Assembly (NCBI GenBank): GCA_035495955.1
Contig: DATJFE010000070.1
Location: forward strand, 29,332-93,331
Origin: Vicinamibacterales bacterium
GTDB lineage: Bacteria > Acidobacteriota > Vicinamibacteria > Vicinamibacterales > 2-12-FULL-66-21
Direction: 5' to 3'
Length of the DNA stretch: 64,000 bases
Below the pieces are notes generated by a model that was not told where the DNA came from, did no database searches, and was given only the letters and a program-made list of their open reading frames with translations. Positions 53,793 through 62,376 of the stretch are shown here, piece after piece. Both the position numbers and the translations under genes were made by a program. Each line of letters starts with the position of its first letter. The first letter of the stretch is position 1.

Positions 53793-56746
53793 GCCGAACC
53801 TACTGGCGAAGCCTCGCCCAGATCGAGGACCGTCCCGAATTCCGCGCCGCCCTCGAACGCGAGTTCCCCGAGGGCGCCTCCGAGCTGCCCGAAGGCATCA
53901 CGCGGCGCGAAATGATGATGCTCCTGGGCGCCTCGCTGTCGCTCGCCGGGCTCGCCGGGTGCCGCCGACCGGTCGAAGAGATTGTGCCGTTTGCCACCGC
54001 GCCCGAGGACATCGTCCCCGGGATCCCTCTTTACTACGCGACGACCATGCCGTTCCGCCGGAGCGCTTACGGTCTGATCGTCGAGAGCCACGAAGGACGG
54101 CCGACGAAGATCGAGGGAAACCCTTCGCATCCTTCGACGCTCGGGGCGTCGAGCTCCCTCGTGCAGGCGTCCGTGCTCGGTCTCTACGACCCCGACCGCT
54201 CGCAGTCGGTCATGCTGCGGGGGGCGCGAAAGGCCTGGAGCGATTTCGTCGCGGCGTGGGCACCGCTGGCCCAGGCTCACGCGGCTGACGGCGGCGCCGG
54301 TCTTGCGATTCTGTCGGAGTCGTTCTCGTCGCCGACGCTCGCACGGCTGGCCTCCGAGCTGCGCGCCCGCTATCCCCGGTTGCAGTGGGCGACCTACGAG
54401 GCCGTCAGCGACGAGAACCGCCTCGCGGGCCTGCGTTCGGCCACGGGGCGCGACGTCGATCTGATGCTCCGCTTCGATCGGGCGTCCGTCATCCTCGCGC
54501 TCGACGCCGACCCGCTTCTCGCAGACCCGGAGATGATCCGTCACGCGCGAGGTTTCGCGGCCGGAAGGCGCGCGGGGCCGTCCGGTGGCGTCATGAACCG
54601 CCTCTACGCGGTTGAAGGCGTCTATTCGCTGACGGGTGCGATGGCCGATCATCGGCTCCGCCTCGAGAGCCGGCAGATCGCTTCCTTCGTCGCGGCGCTT
54701 GCGGCGCGGATTGGCGTCTCCGGAGGCGCGAGCTCCGCGGGAACCGCCGTGCCGGGCGTCGATGCGCGTTGGATCGACGCCGTGGCCAAAGATCTTGCGG
54801 CGAACCGCGGCAAGGGACTGATCGTGGCCGGAGAGCGGCAGCCGCCCGCCGTCCACGCGGCGGTCTGCGCGCTGAACACGCATCTCGGCAACACGGGCAA
54901 GACGGTCAGCTACTACGAGACGAAGGACGCCGCGCTTCCAAGCTCCGGCTCGCTCGCCTCGCTCGTCTCCGCGATGAACGCGGGCACGATCAAGACGCTC
55001 GTCGTGCTGGGCGGCAATCCGGTCTTCGACGCGCCCGTCGACCTCGACTTCGCGTCGGCCATGGCGAAGATCCCCCATACGATCGCCCTCGGTCACGCGG
55101 TCGACGAAACCTCCGCCAGGGCGGAGTGGCACATCCCCCGCGCCCACTACCTCGAATCGTGGGGAGACGCGCGCGCCGTCGGCGGCACCCTCAGCATCGT
55201 CCAGCCGCTGATCCTCCCGCTGTTCGGCGGACGAAGCATCGTCGAAGTCCTGGGGCTGATGGTCGGCGGCCAGGATCGTCCCGGCTACGACGCCGTGCGG
55301 GACACCTGGAAGACGATCCTGGGCGAAGCCGACTTCGACAAGAAGTGGAACCGCGTCCTCAATGACGGAATCCTCGCCGGCAGCGAACTTCCGGAAGTCG
55401 TCCCAGGGAGTGCCGGGCAGCCGCAGGCAGAGCCTGCCCGAGCGTCGGGATCTCCGGACGATCTGGAGATCGTATTCCTCTCGTCACCGTCTCTTCACGA
55501 CGGCCGTTTCGCGAACAACGGATGGCTGCAGGAGCTTCCGGACCCCCTCACCAAGCTCACGTGGGACAACCCCGCGCAGATGAGCCCGAAGACCGCCGAG
55601 AAACTGGGCCTCGACAACGAAGACGTGGTCCGTATCGATTACGCGGGGCGTTCGCTCGAGATTCCGGTCTGGGTTCTTCCGGGAATGGCGGACGGCGTGG
55701 TCGCCCTGACGCTCGGCTACGGGCGTTCGCACGCGGGGCGGATCGGCTCGGGCGTCGGCTTCGACGCGTTCACGCTCCGAACCGCAAGGGCCCTGGGCTT
55801 CGACGACGGCGTCAGACTGACCAAGCTCGGACGCACGTATCCGCTCTCGGCGACCCAGCATCACGGCAGCATGGAAGGGCGGCCTCTGGTTCGCGAGTCG
55901 GCCCTGAACGAGCTTCGATCGGAATCGGCCGCGAAACGGGAAGCCGTGCCGGGCCCGCTCGGCGTCTTCGAGGAGGAGCCGCAACACTTCTCGCTCTTCA
56001 AGGAGCGTGTCTACGATCAGGGGCACCAGTGGGGGATGACGATCGATCTGAACGCGTGCATCGGGTGCAACGCGTGCATGGTCGCCTGCCAGAGCGAGAA
56101 CAACGTGCCGGTCGTCGGCAAGATCCAGGTCAGCAAGAGCCGCGAGATGCACTGGCTCCGTGTGGATCGGTACTTTTCCGGCGAGCCCTCCGGCAGTCCC
56201 GAGGTCGTCTTTCAGCCGATTCCCTGCATGCAGTGCGAGGACGCCCCGTGCGAGCAGGTCTGCCCGGTGGCCGCGACCGTTCACGACGCGCAGGGCCTCA
56301 ACGTGATGGTCTACAACCGGTGCATCGGAACGCGCTACTGCTCGAACAACTGTCCGTACAAGGTGCGCCACTTCAACTTCTTCAACTACACCAAGGACAC
56401 GCCCGACATTCTCAAGCTCGCGATGAACCCCGACGTGACGGTTCGCGCGAGGGGCGTCATGGAGAAGTGCACGTACTGCACGCAGCGGATCAATCGCGCG
56501 AAGATCGACGCGAAGCTGGCGGGCCGCGCGCTGCGTGACGGCGACGTCAAGACCGCCTGCCAGCAGGTTTGTCCCGCGTCGGCCATCGAGTTCGGCGATC
56601 TTCAGGACCGTTCGAGCCGGGTCGTCCAGGCGAAGGCCGATTCGCGCAACTACGCGCTCCTCGAGGAGCTGAACACCAAGCCGAGGACGACCTATCTGAC
56701 GAAGGTGCGCAACCCGAACCCCGATCTCAAGGGCCTGCCGGGATGA
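53780..56746 (+). CDS. ActB-like subunit: Tat-type molybdopterin-oxidoreductase fold fused to a 4-cluster Fe-S ferredoxin domain
   Basis: The N-terminus is YWRSLAQIEDRPEF...ITRREMMMLLGASLSLAG. The Cys clusters are CIGCNACMVAC, CMQCEDAPCEQVCP, CIGTRYCSNNCP and CTYC...CQQVCP. The GTG start is at 53780 or 53789, the latter forming GTGA with the actA-like stop. Confidence 0.9.
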   Translation: MPSVSRTYWRSLAQIEDRPEFRAALEREFPEGASELPEGITRREMMMLLGASLSLAGLAGCRRPVEEIVPFATAPEDIVPGIPLYYATTMPFRRSAYGLIVESHEGRPTKIEGNPSHPSTLGASSSLVQASVLGLYDPDRSQSVMLRGARKAWSDFVAAWAPLAQAHAADGGAGLAILSESFSSPTLARLASELRARYPRLQWATYEAVSDENRLAGLRSATGRDVDLMLRFDRASVILALDADPLLADPEMIRHARGFAAGRRAGPSGGVMNRLYAVEGVYSLTGAMADHRLRLESRQIASFVAALAARIGVSGGASSAGTAVPGVDARWIDAVAKDLAANRGKGLIVAGERQPPAVHAAVCALNTHLGNTGKTVSYYETKDAALPSSGSLASLVSAMNAGTIKTLVVLGGNPVFDAPVDLDFASAMAKIPHTIALGHAVDETSARAEWHIPRAHYLESWGDARAVGGTLSIVQPLILPLFGGRSIVEVLGLMVGGQDRPGYDAVRDTWKTILGEADFDKKWNRVLNDGILAGSELPEVVPGSAGQPQAEPARASGSPDDLEIVFLSSPSLHDGRFANNGWLQELPDPLTKLTWDNPAQMSPKTAEKLGLDNEDVVRIDYAGRSLEIPVWVLPGMADGVVALTLGYGRSHAGRIGSGVGFDAFTLRTARALGFDDGVRLTKLGRTYPLSATQHHGSMEGRPLVRESALNELRSESAAKREAVPGPLGVFEEEPQHFSLFKERVYDQGHQWGMTIDLNACIGCNACMVACQSENNVPVVGKIQVSKSREMHWLRVDRYFSGEPSGSPEVVFQPIPCMQCEDAPCEQVCPVAATVHDAQGLNVMVYNRCIGTRYCSNNCPYKVRHFNFFNYTKDTPDILKLAMNPDVTVRARGVMEKCTYCTQRINRAKIDAKLAGRALRDGDVKTACQQVCPASAIEFGDLQDRSSRVVQAKADSRNYALLEELNTKPRTTYLTKVRNPNPDLKGLPG

Positions 56747-57366
56747 CTCGCAGGCCTGGTGTGGTCGGCATCCTCGCGCTCACGGCCGTTGTGGGCCTCA
56801 CCGGCTGCGCGCGCGGCTGCACGTCGAGCCGTCCGCCCATCCATCCCAATCCGAGCATGGACGACCAGCCGAAAGTGCTCCCCCAGGCGGCCAGCACCTT
56901 CTTCTATGACGGCGCCGGCATGCGCGCGCCCGTTCCAGGGACGATCCCGATCGGCGGGCTGAAAGAGGATACGGCGTACTTCACGGGCAAGGGCGCGGAC
57001 GGACAATTCGTCGCCACGATCCCCGTGCCGGTAGACGATGCGCTCCGGGAGCGCGGACGACAGCGGTATTCGATTTATTGCCAGCCTTGCCACGACGCGC
57101 GTGGAGACGGCAAGGGGATCCTGTTCCAGCGCGGCAACGTTCCCACGGCCTCCTTCCACCAGGAGAAGATCCTGAAGTATCCGGACGGACAGATCTTCGA
57201 CGTCATTACGAATGGGACCGGGTTCATGTCCGGCTACCGCTGGCCGATCCCTCCCGCGGACAGGTGGGCGATCATCTCGTACGTGCGGGAGCTCGAGCGC
57301 AAGCGGCTCGCCAGCGCCTCCACCTCCGCTGAAGCGACGGCGGCCAAGCCCGCGGGGAACAAATGA
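56743..57366 (+). CDS. Monoheme cytochrome c lipoprotein, ActE-like
   Basis: The ATG overlaps the upstream stop (ATGA). It has a lipobox (LTGC) and a single CQPCH. DRWAIISYVRELE is typical of ActE as I recall it. Confidence 0.8.
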   Translation: MTRRPGVVGILALTAVVGLTGCARGCTSSRPPIHPNPSMDDQPKVLPQAASTFFYDGAGMRAPVPGTIPIGGLKEDTAYFTGKGADGQFVATIPVPVDDALRERGRQRYSIYCQPCHDARGDGKGILFQRGNVPTASFHQEKILKYPDGQIFDVITNGTGFMSGYRWPIPPADRWAIISYVRELERKRLASASTSAEATAAKPAGNK

Positions 57367-57376
57367 GGGTGGCATC

Positions 57377-59245
57377 GTGAGCAACGGCGTAATGGACGGC
57401 CGGATCAACCGGAAGGTGCTGTTCCTTCTGGGCCCCGTCGCCGGCATCGCGATGTTCCTCGGCGTCGTCTGGGCGGCGTCGCTCTTCGTGCGGCACTACG
57501 AATACAAGGAGCCGTACCGGGCGCCGGCGGCGGCGGCCGACGCCACGCCCCGCACGGAAGGCGTCGCCGCGGAGAAGGCGGACGCGGAGACCAAGGCGAA
57601 GGCGACGCCCTACGCCGAGGCTGAGTACCGCAGGTTCCCCGGCGTCGGAAGCCGCGTGGCGATCTGGTCGGTCGCGCAGCTTCACCTGCTGTTCGCCGCG
57701 TTCGTCCTTGCCGTGCCCATGTTCGCGTTCATCATCGAGGTGATCGGCTACAAGACCGGAGATCTCCGATACGACCGGCTCGCGCACGAGTTCACGAAGC
57801 TTCTCTCGGTGTCGTTCTCGCTCACCGCGACCTTCGGCGCGTTTCTGACCTTCATGCTCATCATCCTGTATCCGAAGTTCACGAACTACCTGATGAGCGT
57901 GTTCTCGCCGACGTTTCTTCCGTACGTCCTGCTCTTCTTCTTCGAGGCGTTCTTCCTCTACACGTATTACTACGGCTGGGGGAAGTTCCATCCGCTGGTG
58001 CATCTCGGCCTGGGGCTGGGACTGAACCTGGTGGGCACGGCGATCATGATGATCGCCAACGCCTGGCTCACGTTCATGACCTCGCCGCGCGGAATCTCGG
58101 ATCAGGGGGCGGTCATCTCCGTCTGGGACGCGATCAACAACTACACGTGGATGCCGATCAACGTCCACCGGTTCATCGCGAACATCGCGTTCGGCGGATC
58201 GGTGGCCGCCGCGTACGCGGCCTTCAAGTTCCTGCAGGCCGAGACCGACGAAGAGCGCGCGCACTACGACTGGATGGGATACATCGGCAACTTCGTGGCG
58301 ATCAGCGCCTTCCTGCCGCTGCCGTTCGCCGGCTACTGGCTCGCGAAGGAGATTTACGCCTTCTCGCAGACGCTGGGACTCACGCTGATGGGCGGCGCCT
58401 TCTCCTGGCTGTTCATCATCCAGGCCGTTCTGATCGGGAATCTCTTCCTCGCCGCCAACTACTACCTCTGGCTCGGGATGGGCCGCGTCGAGGGCGTGCA
58501 GCCGCTCCAGAAGTTCATCAAGTACCTGCTCTTCGCGATCACGCTCTGCTTCATGGTCTGGGCCACGCCGCGATCGATTATCGCCACCGTGTCCGAGCTG
58601 CGGGCGATGGGCGGAGGGGCGCACCCGGTTCTCGGCTACCTCGGCGTCATGTCCGCCAAGAACACCGCCGTGAACATCCTGATCCTGACGACGTTCATGA
58701 GCTTTCTTCTGTATCGACGGACGGGAAAAGTCGCGACCGTGTCGTGGGCGAAGACGGGCCACGCCGTGCAGCTCGCGATCTTCGCGGCCGCGGCCTTCGT
58801 CGTGATCTTCCTCGGCATCTACGGGTACTTCGTCGAGGCGACCGTCCGCATCCGCCTCTCGGTGCCGCAGGTCAGCTCCGTCCTCATCGCCATGATCTCG
58901 ATCACCATCGTCGACGTCTTTCTGTTTCACGGCGCGACGAGGACCGGCGAGGTGCGGTGGGGGCACATCCCGAGGGTCTCGCAGTACGTCCTGATCTTCA
59001 TCGCGGTCACGTTCACCTGGCTCATGGGGCTCATGGGCTACGTCAGGTCCGGCCTCCGTCAGCACTGGCACGTGTACGGCGTCATGCGGGATCGGTCGCC
59101 CGACGCGTTCACGCCCACCCTGGGCTTCGCGACGAAGGTCGTCTCGGTGACCGTCCTCATGTTCTTCCTCCTGATCGGGGTCGTGTTCTGGATCTCGAGC
59201 CTGCACGACAAGCCCGACTTCGAAAGGAGGACGGGGACGTCATGA
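57377..59245 (+). CDS. Cytochrome bd ubiquinol-oxidase subunit I (CydA)-like membrane protein, roughly 14 helices, no Q-loop
   Basis: Homology-like blocks to CydA are SVAQLHLLFAAF (His19 position), LLFFFEAFFLYTYYYGW (Glu99 position), IMMIANAWLTFMTSPRG and NVHRFIANIAFGG (His186 position). An extra N-terminal helix and about 5 extra C-terminal helices are present. The start is GTG 57377 or ATG 57392. Confidence 0.8.
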   Translation: MSNGVMDGRINRKVLFLLGPVAGIAMFLGVVWAASLFVRHYEYKEPYRAPAAAADATPRTEGVAAEKADAETKAKATPYAEAEYRRFPGVGSRVAIWSVAQLHLLFAAFVLAVPMFAFIIEVIGYKTGDLRYDRLAHEFTKLLSVSFSLTATFGAFLTFMLIILYPKFTNYLMSVFSPTFLPYVLLFFFEAFFLYTYYYGWGKFHPLVHLGLGLGLNLVGTAIMMIANAWLTFMTSPRGISDQGAVISVWDAINNYTWMPINVHRFIANIAFGGSVAAAYAAFKFLQAETDEERAHYDWMGYIGNFVAISAFLPLPFAGYWLAKEIYAFSQTLGLTLMGGAFSWLFIIQAVLIGNLFLAANYYLWLGMGRVEGVQPLQKFIKYLLFAITLCFMVWATPRSIIATVSELRAMGGGAHPVLGYLGVMSAKNTAVNILILTTFMSFLLYRRTGKVATVSWAKTGHAVQLAIFAAAAFVVIFLGIYGYFVEATVRIRLSVPQVSSVLIAMISITIVDVFLFHGATRTGEVRWGHIPRVSQYVLIFIAVTFTWLMGLMGYVRSGLRQHWHVYGVMRDRSPDAFTPTLGFATKVVSVTVLMFFLLIGVVFWISSLHDKPDFERRTGTS

Positions 59246-59808
59246 AGATCCCCCTCATCCTTCGCATCGGCGCCCTCGTCGTCGCGACGACCGGGTTCTA
59301 TACGTATGTCGGCCAGATGGTGCCGCAGAAGGAAGTGCAGCCTCCCGCCGAAATCGTCCTCAGAACGGATCTGACGACGGCGGACATGGTGAAGGTGGGC
59401 CGGGAGATCATGGAGGGCAAGGGGCTCTGCTTTACCTGCCACACGATAGGCAAGACCGGGGCGCTCCGGTTCCCGGATCTGGCGGGAGTCGATACTCGCG
59501 CGAAGACCCGCAAGCCGGGCTTCACTGACGTCCAGTACTTCGCCGAGACGCTGTACGAACCGAACGCTTTCATCGTGCCTGGCTTCAATCCGGGGATGCC
59601 GACCATCAACAAGCCTCCGATCGGCCTCACCGATCAGGAGATCCTCTGCGTCATCGCGTACCTGCAGACGCTGGGCGGCACACCGACGGTCACGCTCCAG
59701 ACGAAACACCAGTACAACGCCGGCACGGCGACCCCGACGACGCCATCCTCGGGCGTCTCGCCGGGTGGAGCGCAGCCTGAAGCGACAATCAAGAAAGAGA
59801 AAGGATGA
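59242..59808 (+). CDS. Membrane-anchored monoheme c-type cytochrome
   Basis: The ATG overlaps the upstream stop (ATGA), and an SD (aaggagga) precedes it. It has an N-terminal helix, a single CFTCH and a Pro/Thr-rich tail. Confidence 0.75.
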   Translation: MKIPLILRIGALVVATTGFYTYVGQMVPQKEVQPPAEIVLRTDLTTADMVKVGREIMEGKGLCFTCHTIGKTGALRFPDLAGVDTRAKTRKPGFTDVQYFAETLYEPNAFIVPGFNPGMPTINKPPIGLTDQEILCVIAYLQTLGGTPTVTLQTKHQYNAGTATPTTPSSGVSPGGAQPEATIKKEKG

Positions 59809-60623
59809 AGCTCCTCATCGTTCTCGTCGTGGCGGTCGTCTTCGCGGTGCTCCGCTTCATGCGGGTCAATCTGCTGATATGGGCTGGCGCATGGTGGATC
59901 GGCATCTACGTCCTCCTGCGATTCGGCTTCACGGCGCCGATTCCCTCGTCGGTCATCACGATCTACATGGGGATCGTCTCGCTCGCGATCCTGGCCTACG
60001 TATCGTCCAGCCAGCAACGCCGCGAGGAAGTCTCGGGTCCGCTCGTCCGGTTCATGACGGACAAGCGGTACACAGTGTTGCTTGCCGCGACCGTCGTCGC
60101 CATCCCGGCGATCGCGGCGGCCAACGTCTACGTGCGGATGAACGTTCCCATCGAGCCTCCGCTCTTCTCGCGGACCGTGCATCCCGCGTCGCCGGCGGAC
60201 GTCACGGTTCACGGCAAGCGGATCGATCTCGATGCCGGCGAAAACCCCTTCCGTCATCTCGAGACGTCGGATGCCCAGGAGTTCCGCAAACACGTCGAGA
60301 ACGGGCGCCGCGTCTACTACCAGAATTGCGTCTTCTGCCACGGCGACAACCTGGCCGGCAACGGCATGTTCGTCCACGGACTGGATCCGATTCCCACGAA
60401 TTTCAGCGACAAGGGCACGATCCCGATGCTTCGCGAGACCTTTCTGTTCTGGCGAATCTCGAAAGGAGGGCCCGGGCTGCCCGATGAAGGCGGGCCGTGG
60501 GACACGGCGATGCCGCCGTGGGAGAAGTTCCTGAAAGAGGACGAGATGTGGGACGCGATTCTCTTCCTCTACGACTTCACGGGGTCCAGGCCTCGCGCCA
60601 GGGAGGAGACCGCGGCGAAATGA
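59805..60623 (+). CDS. Four-helix membrane protein fused to a C-terminal monoheme cytochrome c domain
   Basis: The ATG overlaps the upstream stop (ATGA). It has four hydrophobic helices, then CVFCH and GGPWDTAMPPWEKFL. Confidence 0.75.
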   Translation: MKLLIVLVVAVVFAVLRFMRVNLLIWAGAWWIGIYVLLRFGFTAPIPSSVITIYMGIVSLAILAYVSSSQQRREEVSGPLVRFMTDKRYTVLLAATVVAIPAIAAANVYVRMNVPIEPPLFSRTVHPASPADVTVHGKRIDLDAGENPFRHLETSDAQEFRKHVENGRRVYYQNCVFCHGDNLAGNGMFVHGLDPIPTNFSDKGTIPMLRETFLFWRISKGGPGLPDEGGPWDTAMPPWEKFLKEDEMWDAILFLYDFTGSRPRAREETAAK

Positions 60624-62362
60624 GCTTCTCCCGGATAGGTTTGCGCGCGTGTCTCGCGGCCTTCATCGTCTGGGTGTGTGCCCTGCTGACAGGACTGACC
60701 GGATCGGTGCGCGCGGCGGCTCCCGACATCGGAACCGACGCGCAGCGAACGGCGGGCAAGACGCTCTACTTCAAGTACTGCTCGCAGTGCCACGGCGAGA
60801 AGGGTGACGGCGAAGGCTACGCCGCGCCGCATCTGCGTCCGCGGCCCCGCAACTTCACCGCGGGGAAGTTCAAGATCCGCACGACGCCCAACGGCGCGCT
60901 CCCGACCCATCAGGATCTCGTCAACATCATCAGGCGCGGCATGCCCTACACGTCGATGCCCGCCTGGTCCAATTTCTCCGACTCGGAAGTGTCGGACCTC
61001 GCGTACTTCCTGACGACCTTCTCGGCGGACTTCTCGGATCCCGAAAAAGTTCCGAAGCCCGTTTCGCTCCCGAGCGCGCCGAAATCGACGAAAGAGTCGA
61101 TCGAGCTGGGGAAAAAACTCTACGAGGAAAACGGCTGCGTGAAGTGCCACGGCACGCTCGGCCGGGGCGACGGACCGTCGGCGCCGACGCTGGTCGACGA
61201 GTGGGGGCATCCGATACGCCCGGCGGACCTCACGCAGCGCTGGACGTTCCGCGGAGGCTCGTCCCGCGAGGACATCTTCCGGACGATGAGCACGGGACTG
61301 AACGGCACGCCCATGCCGTCGTTCGCCGATGCGCTGAAGGACGATCAGCGATGGGCGATCACCAACTTCATCGATTCTCTCTCGAGCAGCAACGGTCCAG
61401 GCTATACGAATCTGGTGATCGCCAAGCACGTCGACGATCCGATCGATCTGTCCAAGGGGGCGGCGAACTTCGAATCCGCGCGGATCGCACGCTTTCCGAT
61501 CATCGGACAGATTACCGAGCCCGTCCGCGAGTTCCATCCTCCGGCGACGTCGGTGACGGTGCAGGCCGTCTACGATGCCGACTCGATCGCGCTGCTCGTG
61601 CGATGGCATGACATGAGCGCGCAGAAGACCGGGAAGAACGGACCCTCGCTGCCCGTGCCGCAGACGGAGGAGGAGGAACCGGCCGCCGCCGCCGGCCCGA
61701 CGTCGCAAAACCCCTTCGGCGAGGCGGAAGTCACGCCGACGCCGGCCGGGCAGCCGCCAGCCGGCGCCCAGCCGCCCGCGGCGAACCCGTTTGCCGAGGA
61801 GGCGGCGCCAACCGCCCCCCCGTCCGAGTTCTCCGACGCGGTGGCGATCCAGATTCCATCGCAGGTGCCGACAGGTGCCCGCAAGCCGTACTTCATCTTC
61901 GGCGATTCGCAGAACTCGGTGGATCTCTGGTTCTTCGATCTGGCGCGCCCGGCTCCCCTTCAGTTCACCGGGAAGGGAAGCGGCGACATCGCGCCGAACG
62001 ACACGGGGGATATCACCGGCGTCGCCAGCTACGACCAGGGAGAATGGTCGGTGATTTTCAAGCGGCCGCTGCGCGCCGGCTCGGGCGCCCCGCTCTCCTC
62101 CGGACAGTTCATGCCGATCGCGTTCTCGGTCTGGGATGGGCTCTCGCGCGAGCGCGGCAACCGGCGCGGTCTCTCGGTGTGGTACTCGCTCTACCTCGGG
62201 CCCGAAGAAGTGCCGTCGGTTGTCGGGCCGATGATCGAGACGGCGCTCGTCATTCTCGCCATCGAGCTGGCCGTCATCGGCTGGGTGCGGTGGCGCTACG
62301 GCTCTCGCGCGCGCAAAACGCTCGGCGGAGAACCGAGCGAACCGGCCCCCACGAGAGCATGA
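60620..62362 (+). CDS. Diheme cytochrome c fused to an EB_dh/DOMON-like heme-binding domain with C-terminal anchor helix
   Basis: The ATG overlaps the upstream stop (ATGA). It has CSQCH and CVKCH. The C-terminal half (SDAVAIQIP...VDLWFFD...WSVIFKRPL...PIAFSVWDGLSRERGNRRGLSVWYSLYL) resembles the ethylbenzene-dehydrogenase gamma-type domain, recalled from memory. Confidence 0.7.
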   Translation: MSFSRIGLRACLAAFIVWVCALLTGLTGSVRAAAPDIGTDAQRTAGKTLYFKYCSQCHGEKGDGEGYAAPHLRPRPRNFTAGKFKIRTTPNGALPTHQDLVNIIRRGMPYTSMPAWSNFSDSEVSDLAYFLTTFSADFSDPEKVPKPVSLPSAPKSTKESIELGKKLYEENGCVKCHGTLGRGDGPSAPTLVDEWGHPIRPADLTQRWTFRGGSSREDIFRTMSTGLNGTPMPSFADALKDDQRWAITNFIDSLSSSNGPGYTNLVIAKHVDDPIDLSKGAANFESARIARFPIIGQITEPVREFHPPATSVTVQAVYDADSIALLVRWHDMSAQKTGKNGPSLPVPQTEEEEPAAAAGPTSQNPFGEAEVTPTPAGQPPAGAQPPAANPFAEEAAPTAPPSEFSDAVAIQIPSQVPTGARKPYFIFGDSQNSVDLWFFDLARPAPLQFTGKGSGDIAPNDTGDITGVASYDQGEWSVIFKRPLRAGSGAPLSSGQFMPIAFSVWDGLSRERGNRRGLSVWYSLYLGPEEVPSVVGPMIETALVILAIELAVIGWVRWRYGSRARKTLGGEPSEPAPTRA

Positions 62363-62376
62363 AGGCGTGTAAACCC

